A DNA stretch of 64,000 nt from Minisyncoccia bacterium (lineage in GTDB: Bacteria > Patescibacteriota > Minisyncoccia > Phycocordibacterales > UBA9973): contig JBMOIO010000002.1 in NCBI GenBank assembly GCA_049317285.1, positions 15,312 to 79,311 on the forward strand. Reading direction: 5' to 3'. The notes beneath the pieces were generated by a model. The model worked only from the letters and a program-made list of their open reading frames with translations. It did not search any database and was not told the origin of the DNA. A program made the translations under genes and the position numbers. This document shows positions 29,564 through 38,203 of the stretch, one piece after another (position 1 is the first letter of the stretch; each line of letters starts with the position of its first letter).

Positions 29564-29674
29564 AAAAATAAAAATTGTATTACAATTCAGTATACCTAAC
29601 TTAATCCTACTATAACAACAAGTTATACCCATATATAAAAAACCTCTTTGCTATAAAGCAAAGAGGTTGGAGGA

Positions 29675-30418
29675 TTATGGTACAGGAATAAGCACTCGCT
29701 GATCTCTATATGTCCATATACCAACTCCTGGAGTACCCTGTGCCGGTCGCTCAAGGAGGAGTGTTTCATTAGAAAATGAAGCGCTGTACTCCACTCCCTC
29801 AATCCAAAGCAGAAACTTACCTTCGTGATTTCGAAATTTCCAGGGAGTGGTCCCTATTGGAATTTCAGAACATGCCGGATTTGGTGAACGGCTTCGGTGG
29901 TACCGTTTATCAAGATAAAAAGTTCGGACCATTCCCCATTCGCAGCTAGTTGATGCTGTAATGGCAATTTTTTGCTCAGATCCACCAGCAGTCTCAACTT
30001 TCCAGTAGTATTCGGCAGTGGTTTTCCAGGAAGCGGCGTCTTTATTTCTCAACAACAGCAACATGTTTTGATCAGGCAATGCAACTGAAACCTTTACAGT
30101 GCTAGTAGTGGTACCTCCGGGACCGGTTGCAGAAAATACTATGCTGGTATCGCGCTTCAGAGCACGCAACATGAATGAGCCACTAACCTTTCCAATATCC
30201 TCACTGGCACGTCCTGGCCAGGACACACTGATTCCGTCTGAAATAAACGAAACTTTTGTGCTATCGCCGTACCCTACCATTGAAGGCTCGACTGAGACTG
30301 TCATGCTTGGTTTTGGAAGGACAGGAGGAGGGGGAGCAACAGGATTAACCGGTTCAATATGCTCGGGTTTACAACTCATAACGACTATCACTACGAGAAG
30401 CAAGTACTTTTTTTTCAT
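29675..30418 (-). CDS. putative lipoprotein
   Basis: MKKKYLLLVVIVVMSCK signal/lipobox-like, Pro-rich linker. Confidence 0.45.
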   Translation of the reverse strand: MKKKYLLLVVIVVMSCKPEHIEPVNPVAPPPPVLPKPSMTVSVEPSMVGYGDSTKVSFISDGISVSWPGRASEDIGKVSGSFMLRALKRDTSIVFSATGPGGTTTSTVKVSVALPDQNMLLLLRNKDAASWKTTAEYYWKVETAGGSEQKIAITASTSCEWGMVRTFYLDKRYHRSRSPNPACSEIPIGTTPWKFRNHEGKFLLWIEGVEYSASFSNETLLLERPAQGTPGVGIWTYRDQRVLIPVP

Positions 30419-30638
30419 CGTTATATGATTTTAATGACTTTTTTTCAGTATGTCACACCTTTTTAAAAAAGCAATAGTTTTTCCCTCCTATAGCAACAAG
30501 AAGAAGGTTTCTTAAAAATTGTTTTTAATTTCTTGCGTCCTCAGGACAGTATGCTATACATATATATGTACATGTCCCGAGCGCACCTTTGTGGCATTTT
30601 TAGTAACAATTAAATAACCAACTAAATAAAATAGACAT
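30419..30638. promoter_or_regulatory. divergent promoter region (lipoprotein gene / nusA)
   Basis: 220-bp AT-rich intergenic stretch between divergent genes with several TATA-like boxes; no motif assigned. Confidence 0.3.
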
Positions 30639-31946
30639 ATGTTAGACATCAAAGCATTGAAACTGGCACTAGAACAACTAGAAACCGAACGCCGCATCGG
30701 GCGCGACAAGCTTGTCGACGCAATCGAGCAGTCACTCGCAGCAGCCTATAAAAAGGAATATGGCAAAAAAGGACAGGTCATCCGCGCGATGATCGACCTT
30801 GACGCGGGAGCTGTATCGTTTGAACAGGTAAAAACTGTTGTAGACGACACACTCGTGCGCTTTTTGGCTGAAGACGAAGAAATCGCCGAAGACGACACTG
30901 ATATGCGCGAGCGCTTCAATGAAGAGAAGCACATCCTTCTTGACGACGCACAGATGATCAAGGCCGGCGCCACTATCGGCGACGAATTGGTCTTCACCCT
31001 TGAACCAAAGGACGACTTTGGCCGCATTGCAGCGCAAACTGCAAAGCAGGTGATCATGCAGCGTATCCGCGAAGCAGAACGCACTAGTATCATGGAAGAG
31101 TTTGGTGGAAAAGAGGGCGACATCATCTCAGGCTATATTCAAAAGGTTGACCGAGGAAGTGTGTTTGTCGACTTTAACCGTGCGACCGGTATTATCCCAA
31201 TCAGTGAACAAATTCCCGGTGAGCGCTATGTTCGTGGTGCTCGCATCCGCGCGTATTTGTACCATGTCGAAGACACTCCTCGCGGAATCACCCTTCGCCT
31301 CTCTCGCACTCATCCTAAATTCCTCGAAAAGCTTTTTGCGCTTGAAAGCCCAGAAGTTGCAAGTGGTGTTGTTGAAATCAAAGCAATCGCTCGTGAACCA
31401 GGCAGTCGATCAAAAATCGCTGTATGGACAGAGGATGCAAACATTGATCCAGTCGGGTCATGTGTAGGCCAAAAAGGCGTGCGCGTATCGACCGTGATGA
31501 ATGAGCTCGGTGGCGAAAAAATCGATATTATCGAATGGTCTCCTGAGACAGCAGAGTTTGTACAAAAGTCCCTCTCTCCAGCGCGCGTACTTGACCTTGA
31601 GCTCAACGACGAAGAGCATAAAGTGAGCGTAGAGGTAACTCCCGACCAGCTCTCTCTCGCAATCGGAAAAGGTGGACAAAATGTACGCCTTGCAGCAAAG
31701 CTTACTGGCTGGAAGATTGATATCAAAGGCTCTGAAGCAGAGGTAGCAGAAGAAAACGAGAGTACTGAGGGTGACGACTTTGTTTCATTGAAAGACCTCG
31801 CTGGAACAACTTCAGAAGAATCTTCTCCCGTCTCCGACGAGGCACAGGAAGAAGCTGTGGAAGATACTGCAGTAGAAACTGAAACAGTTGAAGAAACCGC
31901 TACCGAAGAAGTTCCTGAAGTAACAGAAGAAGAATCAAAAGAATAG
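30639..31946 (+). CDS. nusA: transcription termination/antitermination factor NusA with acidic C-terminal tail
   Basis: NusA N-terminal domain, S1 and KH (GSCVGQKGVRV) domains; Glu-rich tail. Confidence 0.9.
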   Translation: MLDIKALKLALEQLETERRIGRDKLVDAIEQSLAAAYKKEYGKKGQVIRAMIDLDAGAVSFEQVKTVVDDTLVRFLAEDEEIAEDDTDMRERFNEEKHILLDDAQMIKAGATIGDELVFTLEPKDDFGRIAAQTAKQVIMQRIREAERTSIMEEFGGKEGDIISGYIQKVDRGSVFVDFNRATGIIPISEQIPGERYVRGARIRAYLYHVEDTPRGITLRLSRTHPKFLEKLFALESPEVASGVVEIKAIAREPGSRSKIAVWTEDANIDPVGSCVGQKGVRVSTVMNELGGEKIDIIEWSPETAEFVQKSLSPARVLDLELNDEEHKVSVEVTPDQLSLAIGKGGQNVRLAAKLTGWKIDIKGSEAEVAEENESTEGDDFVSLKDLAGTTSEESSPVSDEAQEEAVEDTAVETETVEETATEEVPEVTEEESKE

Positions 31947-31947
31947 T

Positions 31948-32478
31948 ATGAATTTACTTCACGAAATTACTGCCGGAAACAATGTGCCTGACATTATCAA
32001 TTGTATAATTGAAATTCCAAAAGGCTCAAAAAACAAATACGAAATCGACAAGGAAACCGGCCTCATCATGCTCGACCGTGCAATGCACACTTCACAAGAC
32101 TATCCGTTTGACTACGGCTTCATGCCACAGAGTCACTGGGAAGATGGCGACCCGCTTGATGTAGTCGTCCTTACTACCTACCCGCTTGCGCCCGGCATCT
32201 TGGTAAAAGTTCGCCCGGTCGGCATCGTCAACATGATCGACGACGGCGACTCTGACGCAAAAATTATTGCCGTACCAGAGAAAGACCCGCGATGGGACGA
32301 TGTGCAAGACCTCAGTGATGTAAACAAACACACCGTCAAAGAAATCGAACACTTCTTCCTGACCTATAAACAAATTCAAAAGAAGGCCGTTTCAATCGAT
32401 AGTATTGGAAACAAAGCCGACGCTCAGGCTGCAATCCTCAAGAGCCAAGAACTCTACAAAGAAAAGTTTCAGAAATAA
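31948..32478 (+). CDS. ppa: inorganic pyrophosphatase (family I)
   Basis: DPLDVVVL, DDGDSDAKIIAV. Confidence 0.9.
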   Translation: MNLLHEITAGNNVPDIINCIIEIPKGSKNKYEIDKETGLIMLDRAMHTSQDYPFDYGFMPQSHWEDGDPLDVVVLTTYPLAPGILVKVRPVGIVNMIDDGDSDAKIIAVPEKDPRWDDVQDLSDVNKHTVKEIEHFFLTYKQIQKKAVSIDSIGNKADAQAAILKSQELYKEKFQK

Positions 32479-32493
32479 TCGAAAAAATATACT

Positions 32494-32529
32494 GTAGCAA
32501 AAAACTCCCGAAAGGGATTTTTTTGCTAC
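32494..32529. terminator. bidirectional terminator between ppa and the DGR RT
   Basis: gtagcaaaaaa..ctcccgaaaggg..ttttttgctac nested hairpin with T/A runs on both sides. Confidence 0.6.
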
Positions 32530-32541
32530 CAATCCATATTA

Positions 32542-33513
32542 TTAGATTCGCATTCTTTGTCTGATTTCATACGTATCACCATGCATCAACAATCCGCGAT
32601 ACGAGTTAACCGTTTCCGACTTAGGATATCCCTTAAGCTTTTTGAATATCTTTCTCTTTGTGGTGGTTCGTATTTGACGATGATAGGGAAAATGTATCCA
32701 CCCAAGAAAATCGACACCTGTTGCGAATGTCTTGATGTACACTTTGTGCTCGTGCATTTGAAGCTTTAACTTTTCATTCAAGAAAGCATGGATTTTTTGA
32801 AGAATGCCTTCCAAGTATTCCTTTGTACTGGACAGTATGACAAAATCATCCGCATAGCGGATATAGTATGTTACTCGAAGCCCCTGCTTCATGAACATAT
32901 CAAATTCATGCATGTATACATTTACCAACAATTGAGAAGTAAGGTTTCCGAGCGGTAACCCCACTCCTTCTCTCGTCGTATGAAAACTTGAGGTAACTTC
33001 CCGGATGAGCCACAACAGTTCTTCATCCTCAACATGACGCTTCAAAATTAAAACAAGTATTTCATGATCGATACTTGCAAAGAATTTCTTGATGTCACAC
33101 TTGAGTACATAACATGTCCTCGTATTGTTCTTTGAAACCCTCAGGGCAAATTCCTGAAAACGATCAATTGCTCTGTGAGTTCCCTTGTTCACACGACATG
33201 AAAACGAGTCATGAATGAATCTCTGTTCAAAATAAGGATAAAGCGTCTTATATATTAAATGATGTAACAGTCTGTCTCGGACAATCGCCTTGTGGATATT
33301 CCGAGGCTTTGGGTCAGAGATATTAAAAGCCCAGTATGGCGCATGAGTGTACGTCCGACGGTGAAGCAAGGTGTGCAAGTCGACCAGGTTGTCCGAAAGT
33401 TTCGCCTGGTATTGTATGACATCTTTTTTATGTCGCTTTCCACGAAGAAAACGCTCCCAGGTAACAAGGAGGTTTTCCATCGATATGATATCTTTGTATT
33501 TATGAATCAGCAT
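32542..33513 (-). CDS. diversity-generating retroelement reverse transcriptase
   Basis: 323 aa; RT motifs 1-7 including YIRYADDFVIL and the DGR-specific LPLGNLTSQL (I/LGxxxSQ) in place of the group II QGxxxSP. Confidence 0.9.
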   Translation of the reverse strand: MLIHKYKDIISMENLLVTWERFLRGKRHKKDVIQYQAKLSDNLVDLHTLLHRRTYTHAPYWAFNISDPKPRNIHKAIVRDRLLHHLIYKTLYPYFEQRFIHDSFSCRVNKGTHRAIDRFQEFALRVSKNNTRTCYVLKCDIKKFFASIDHEILVLILKRHVEDEELLWLIREVTSSFHTTREGVGLPLGNLTSQLLVNVYMHEFDMFMKQGLRVTYYIRYADDFVILSSTKEYLEGILQKIHAFLNEKLKLQMHEHKVYIKTFATGVDFLGWIHFPYHRQIRTTTKRKIFKKLKGYPKSETVNSYRGLLMHGDTYEIRQRMRI

Positions 33514-33531
33514 ACATCAACCAATATCACA

Positions 33532-33544
33532 CCCCCCCCCCCCC
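33532..33544. repeat. C13/G13 homopolymeric tract
   Basis: 13 consecutive C on plus strand, 19 nt upstream of the RT start codon and inside the 5' region of the Avd-like frame. Confidence 0.9.
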
Positions 33545-33560
33545 GACACAAACTCCTCTT

Positions 33561-33908
33561 GTCCTTGTCAGAGCGAAGGAAAGTTATGAAGTTTGGCATA
33601 AGCACTTAGTAAACATAAACCGTGTAGACAGATACACCATCGGTGCAAAAATTGACGAGGTATTTCTTTCCTTGCTTGAAAATATTTTTAGAGGTATCTA
33701 TGCTCACGACAAATTTGAGAAGTTATCTGTGGTATCACAGTCACTCGGGAAAAATGATTTATTGAAATTCTTCTTGCAGATCGGTTGGGAACAAAAAGTT
33801 GTTGACCATAAAATCTATGGTGCTTTAATCCTTAAACTTGATGAAGTAGGACGAATGCTCAACGGCTGGAAGAAAAATCTTCAAGAAAAAACTCCCACTA
33901 ACAAGTAG
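33561..33908 (+). CDS. Avd-like four-helix-bundle protein (23S rRNA IVS-protein / bAvd family); start codon uncertain
   Basis: frame continuous from ~33546 to 33908 (..ESYEVWHKHLVNINRVDRY..IGWEQKVVDHKIYGALILKLDEVGRMLNGWKKNLQ); ORF track gives only 33672..33908 from a TTG; no in-frame ATG; opposite strand to RT, TR and target. Confidence 0.45.
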   Translation, partial: VLVRAKESYEVWHKHLVNINRVDRYTIGAKIDEVFLSLLENIFRGIYAHDKFEKLSVVSQSLGKNDLLKFFLQIGWEQKVVDHKIYGALILKLDEVGRMLNGWKKNLQEKTPTNK

Positions 33909-33928
33909 TGAGAGAAATCAAATAAGTA

Positions 33929-34046
33929 GCAGAAGCAAAGGATGCAGTTGTCAGAATTCCAAGTCTTGGAGAAGTTCCCGAGGTTGAAGTTCCAGTCACC
34001 GTCCGAGTTGCGGTTCACGTTAGGCACCCTGTGGTTGCCATCCGAG
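33929..34046 (-). repeat. DGR template repeat (TR)
   Basis: ~118 bp homologous to the 3' end of the target gene; minus-strand sense is AAC-codon rich (..GNH..PNVNRNS..WNFNLGNFS..WNSDNC..). Confidence 0.85.
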
Positions 34047-34298
34047 TACACGCAAGCAGTGTACGATGGGTCATCCGTCCCACCGAAACCAGCGCGTGCC
34101 AATTTCTGCATTTTACTTGGAGCAACAATAGTTCTATCGAGCTCACGGACGCATCGCACCGACTAATTTGTTTTTTCATAAGAGGAGGTACCGAACTGCA
34201 AAGACATACCCGACAGTTTCTCACGAATACCCCTTACGAGATTTCGATGCCATGAAGCCGTAACCACATGATCGTATCTACTATCCTTGTGCAGTATA

Positions 34299-34331
34299 AA
34301 TAAAAAAGGGCCTTTGCAAAAGCAAAGGCCC
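34299..34331 (-). terminator. strong hairpin + T-run downstream of the DGR target gene (terminator and/or DGR target-proximal hairpin)
   Basis: gggcctttgc-aaaa-gcaaaggccc 10-bp GC stem; minus strand is followed by TTTTTTATTTAT; lies ~60 nt 3' of VR. Confidence 0.75.
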
Positions 34332-34384
34332 AGTAAAGGTTCAAAGGAACAAATAACATGTTTATGTGGCAAATGACCAAAGGT

Positions 34385-35107
34385 CTATTTGTCGCAGAAG
34401 CAAAGGATGCAGTCGCCAGAACCCCAAGGCCCGGAGAAGTACCCGAGGCCGAAGCCCCAGCCACCGCCCGAGCCGCGGTACACGTCAGGCACCCTGTGGT
34501 CGCCAACCGAGTCGCTCCATAATGTGTCTTTTTCATCGAAGGAAACCGTCCATTTTTCTACCGGAAATTCATCCGCCTTAAGGTCTTGTGCCAGAGTTAA
34601 ACCCTGACCGCCGACCAGAATGGCGCGCTGTTTTTTCAGGAAGTTCATGCAGTCTTCGCTCGATACCGTTTCCAGAACAGGGAAGATTTTTACAAGATAG
34701 GTTTTTCCGGGCTCCAGTTTGTTCGTAGCGTTCTCATAATTCGAACTTTTTAATGCATCATTGTAATGATAAGTCGTTTTCAGCTTTTTTGTCTTTTTAC
34801 CGAACTGGTCGATCTGTTTGTCATCATCATAATCCATTGGAACGGTCAGATCGAATTCAACAAGAGCCGGACCAAACCGTTGATCGATAACGGCAAGCTT
34901 TTTGAGCTTTCCGATAACAAATTCTTTGAAGCCGTTTTGCAGCAAGTCACCTTTTTCAATGATTTCCTGCGCTTCTTCTTTTGAAAAGTTGAAGGTTTCG
35001 AGATCAATGGCGCTTATGCCATCTTCGAGGAAACGTCTAAGGAAACGTCTAATTTGTTTGCGTTGTCCATCTGTCATTAATTCCGGGTGCGTGATCTGGT
35101 TAGTCAT
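34385..35107 (-). CDS. DGR target protein with C-terminal variable region
   Basis: 240 aa; the C-terminal 40 aa (..GDHRVPDVYRGSGGGWGFGLGYFSGPWGSGDCILCFCDK) correspond to TR with substitutions only at template A positions. Confidence 0.85.
   Translation of the reverse strand: MTNQITHPELMTDGQRKQIRRFLRRFLEDGISAIDLETFNFSKEEAQEIIEKGDLLQNGFKEFVIGKLKKLAVIDQRFGPALVEFDLTVPMDYDDDKQIDQFGKKTKKLKTTYHYNDALKSSNYENATNKLEPGKTYLVKIFPVLETVSSEDCMNFLKKQRAILVGGQGLTLAQDLKADEFPVEKWTVSFDEKDTLWSDSVGDHRVPDVYRGSGGGWGFGLGYFSGPWGSGDCILCFCDK
34394..34512 (-). repeat. DGR variable repeat (VR)
   Basis: ~21 mismatches to TR over ~118 bp, every one at a plus-strand T of TR (A in sense orientation); 19-nt invariant 3' end. 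Confidence 0.85.
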
Positions 35108-35305
35108 CGCGATAGTGTTTTAAATGAGCTAGTCGGTTTATCTGCCGAAACAGGAATAAGTATCCCTTATCTGAATATATGATAACATATATATTAATAA
35201 TGTCAATAATTGTTAAATGGGGTATATTACATAACAATTCCGGGGCTTTGCAAGTAATACCCTTCCCTTTGGGTCGTCTCTATGCTATAAATACGTATAT
35301 ATAGT

Positions 35306-35767
35306 ATGAAATACCTTATTACTACATTCGCGCTCGTTATTGGCCTTATGGCACCTACTGCCGTAAGTCTCGCGCAAACAACCCAAAGTGCACCTGCGCC
35401 GACGCTTTTTGATGTCAATGCAAACGCACCTCTTTCAGTTCGCAAGACCTTTGTCGAGACCAACCTCCGCGACCTTTTGGCACAACTGAGCGATATTCAT
35501 GCGCGTGTGCAAACTGCAAGCAACCGTCTTGCAAAAAACGATATCGACGTAAACGCTTCGAATACAAGTCTCACGATGGCTCACGCCGCTCTTTTGACTG
35601 CAAAAACAAACCTCGACATTTTTGCACAAACCCCTCTCACTGAGAGCCCTACTACTGTCGCAACCCTTCGCGCACAAGCAAAAGCTGCTGAAGACTCTCT
35701 TAAAACCGCTCGCGCAAGCCTGATTGAAAGCATTGCTGCACTTAAGCTTACGCTTAACTCACAATAA
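35306..35767 (+). CDS. secreted alpha-helical hypothetical protein
   Basis: signal peptide MKYLITTFALVIGLMAPTAVSLA; Ala/Leu-rich. Confidence 0.4.
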   Translation: MKYLITTFALVIGLMAPTAVSLAQTTQSAPAPTLFDVNANAPLSVRKTFVETNLRDLLAQLSDIHARVQTASNRLAKNDIDVNASNTSLTMAHAALLTAKTNLDIFAQTPLTESPTTVATLRAQAKAAEDSLKTARASLIESIAALKLTLNSQ

Positions 35768-35783
35768 GGTATACTGAGAGAAC

Positions 35784-36065
35784 ATGGATAATACAACTCT
35801 CGGACAAACCTCTTTCGAACATATCCCGCAAGAACTCTTGCACCCAAAACGCAAAACAAATCGCCTATGGACCTTGGTGCTTATTCTTGTCGTTCTCGCT
35901 CTCTTTGGCACCTTTTGGTACATCAAACGGGGCGAAATCATGGCAAGTCCCGCAACTATTGTTTCTGTCAGTACTCCTACACCAGCACAGCCACCAGTGA
36001 GCATGAACGACCTTGAGAGTGACCTAGTCAACACCGCTATTCCAGAATTTCACGAAGTGTTCTAG
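35784..36065 (+). CDS. small single-pass membrane protein
   Basis: 93 aa; one TM (LWTLVLILVVLALFGTFWYI). Confidence 0.35.
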   Translation: MDNTTLGQTSFEHIPQELLHPKRKTNRLWTLVLILVVLALFGTFWYIKRGEIMASPATIVSVSTPTPAQPPVSMNDLESDLVNTAIPEFHEVF

Positions 36066-36118
36066 CAAACTTTCCTTCACTCGTCAGAGCGGGGTGCTTG
36101 TGTTAGAATGCCCCCACT

Positions 36119-37171
36119 ATGGCAAACAATATAGAGAAACAATACACAATCGAAACAACCAAACTTCCTGGCAGTCTTGTAGAAATGAAAGGCGAGCTGT
36201 CGTGGGAAGCTTTTTCAGCATTTGAAACAAAGACCTTTACTGATATCTCAAACAATCTCGCGGTGGACGGATTCCGCAAAGGAAATGTTCCTGAAGCGGT
36301 AGCAAAGAAGCATATCGACGACGACATGCTGTTGGCTGAAATGGCTCAGCGCGCTATGGAGCACTACTATCCTGAAATCGTAAAAGAGCAAAAGCTCGAC
36401 CTTATCGGCCGCCCTGATCTTTCTATCACCAAGCTCGCTCGCGGAAATGCATTAGGTTTTACGATTCGCGCAGCAGTACTCCCCGACATCACGCTTCCTG
36501 ACTACAAGGCGCTTGCAAAAAAAGCGTCTGCAGTTGAAACAGTTGAAGCGACTGAAGAAGATATCGACAAAGTTGTTGAAGACCTTCGCCATATGCGCGC
36601 ATACGGACATGTACACAAAGGAGAAGATGCGAGCGCTCATGGACACACCGAAGAGCTCCCTGAAGTAAACGATGAATTTGCAAAATCATTTGGAAGCTTT
36701 GAAACTGTTGCATCCATGCGCGAAAAGATTCGCGAAAACATCACCCGAGAAAAAGGACAAGAAGCGCAAGACAAGCGCCGTATCGCTATCATGGAGAGCA
36801 TCATTGCCGAGACTTCGTTTGATGTTCCTGACCTCGTATTAAAAAGCGAACAAGAGAAGATGCTTGCACAGATTGAAGCGGATGTAGCACGAGCCGGCTT
36901 TACCCTCGACGCATACCTTACGCAAAGCCAGAAAACAAAAGAAGGATTACTCGACGAGTTCAAGCCTGAAGCCCAGAAGCGGGCGCGCTTCCAGCTCGTA
37001 ATCAATGCAATCGCTCGCGACGCAAAGATTATGCCAACTGATGAAGAAGTAGAAAAAGAAGCGGACCGCATGATAGCGACCTACCCCGGTGCCGACAAGG
37101 CGCGCGCCATGGCGTATGCCGACATGTTGCTTACCAACGAGCAGACACTCTCCCTTTTAGAGAAGCAATAA
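36119..37171 (+). CDS. tig: trigger factor (short form, PPIase domain apparently absent)
   Basis: N-terminal ribosome-binding signature GFRKGNVP; followed by clpP as in tig-clpP operons; 350 aa versus ~430 typical. Confidence 0.75.
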   Translation: MANNIEKQYTIETTKLPGSLVEMKGELSWEAFSAFETKTFTDISNNLAVDGFRKGNVPEAVAKKHIDDDMLLAEMAQRAMEHYYPEIVKEQKLDLIGRPDLSITKLARGNALGFTIRAAVLPDITLPDYKALAKKASAVETVEATEEDIDKVVEDLRHMRAYGHVHKGEDASAHGHTEELPEVNDEFAKSFGSFETVASMREKIRENITREKGQEAQDKRRIAIMESIIAETSFDVPDLVLKSEQEKMLAQIEADVARAGFTLDAYLTQSQKTKEGLLDEFKPEAQKRARFQLVINAIARDAKIMPTDEEVEKEADRMIATYPGADKARAMAYADMLLTNEQTLSLLEKQ

Positions 37172-37173
37172 AG

Positions 37174-37203
37174 AAATCCCCGCATAGAGCGGGGATTTTT
37201 GTT
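37174..37203. terminator. bidirectional rho-independent terminator
   Basis: aaatccccgc-ataga-gcggggattt 10-bp stem flanked by A/T runs, between convergent tig and 37202..37459. Confidence 0.85.
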
Positions 37204-37459
37204 AACTGATTTCAATAACAGCAGTACTTTCAAATACCAAGTGCTTGGTATTTTTCCGAACTTCCTCAAAAAATTCAGCAAATTTAATTCCGTGTGGATA
37301 ATCTTTTTCTCGTAACTTCGTAGCAATTTCTTTTGTTGAAACAATAAAATTTCCTTTCTTTTTTTGGGCAACAACCTTGAGATTATTAAGCCAAGAAAAA
37401 GGGAGCGGTGGCCCAACAACATTCGTAGGGCGACCGTCGGTTTTAATTTGAATGTTCAT
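37202..37459 (-). CDS. hypothetical protein
   Basis: 85-aa ORF; no recognised motif. Confidence 0.35.
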   Translation of the reverse strand: MNIQIKTDGRPTNVVGPPLPFSWLNNLKVVAQKKKGNFIVSTKEIATKLREKDYPHGIKFAEFFEEVRKNTKHLVFESTAVIEIS

Positions 37460-37600
37460 GGTGCGAGTTTTTTCAACTATACCACCATCAATCTTTTAGT
37501 CAATATGGCTTCCGATTTTTCATAAAACTCGGTATAGTGTCAGTATCAGCATTCAGTCATTGTCGTATTCCCTTTTTAAGCTTTAATTTATTTTTACATT

Positions 37601-38191
37601 ATGTTAATCCCCACCGTTATCGAAAAAACAGTCGGCGGCGAGCGTGCCTACGACATTTACTCCCGTCTTTTAAAAGACCGTATCATTTTCCTCGGAGGAC
37701 CTATTGACGACCATGTCGCAAACCTCGTCATTGCCCAACTCCTCTTCCTTACCAACGAAGACCCGAAAAAAGATATCTATTTATATATCAACTCTCCAGG
37801 CGGTGTTATCACCTCTGGTATGGCAATCTATGACACCATGCAATTCATCAAGCCGGATGTCGCGACCATCTGTATCGGCATGGCTGCATCAATGGGGGCG
37901 TTTCTTCTTGCGGGCGGAGCAAAAGGTAAGCGCTTTGCACTTCCTAATTCTGAAATCATGATCCACCAACCGTCCGGCGGCGCAGAGGGCCAGGCAACAG
38001 ACATTGAAATCAGCGCGAAGCGTATTCTTAAAATGCGTTCAAAACTCAACGAGATCATGGCAAAGAACACCGGGCAAAAAATCAGCAAGATTGAGCTTGA
38101 TGTTGAGCGCGACTTCTTCATGGAAGCTGATGAGGCAGTTACCTACGGTATTGTTGACTCTGTCATTACAAAACCAAGCCAGATAGCATAA
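37601..38191 (+). CDS. clpP: ATP-dependent Clp protease proteolytic subunit
   Basis: [14 protein letters not shown], catalytic Ser in [17 protein letters not shown]. Confidence 0.95.
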   Translation: MLIPTVIEKTVGGERAYDIYSRLLKDRIIFLGGPIDDHVANLVIAQLLFLTNEDPKKDIYLYINSPGGVITSGMAIYDTMQFIKPDVATICIGMAASMGAFLLAGGAKGKRFALPNSEIMIHQPSGGAEGQATDIEISAKRILKMRSKLNEIMAKNTGQKISKIELDVERDFFMEADEAVTYGIVDSVITKPSQIA

Positions 38192-38203
38192 AGCAATCCT
38201 CCT

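Noticed and set aside
33881-34159. 92-aa minus-strand ORF whose C-terminus mirrors the DGR target (..NHRVPNVNRNSDGDWNFNLGNFSKTWNSDNCILCFC)
   Set aside because: This is the template repeat read in the target's frame. It has no independent start context, and TRs are non-coding RNA templates. Annotated as TR instead.
34163-34372. 69-aa minus-strand ORF between target gene and TR as a candidate Avd
   Set aside because: It spans the terminator hairpin and has no four-helix-bundle-like sequence. The Avd-like signal is instead on the plus strand at 33561..33908.
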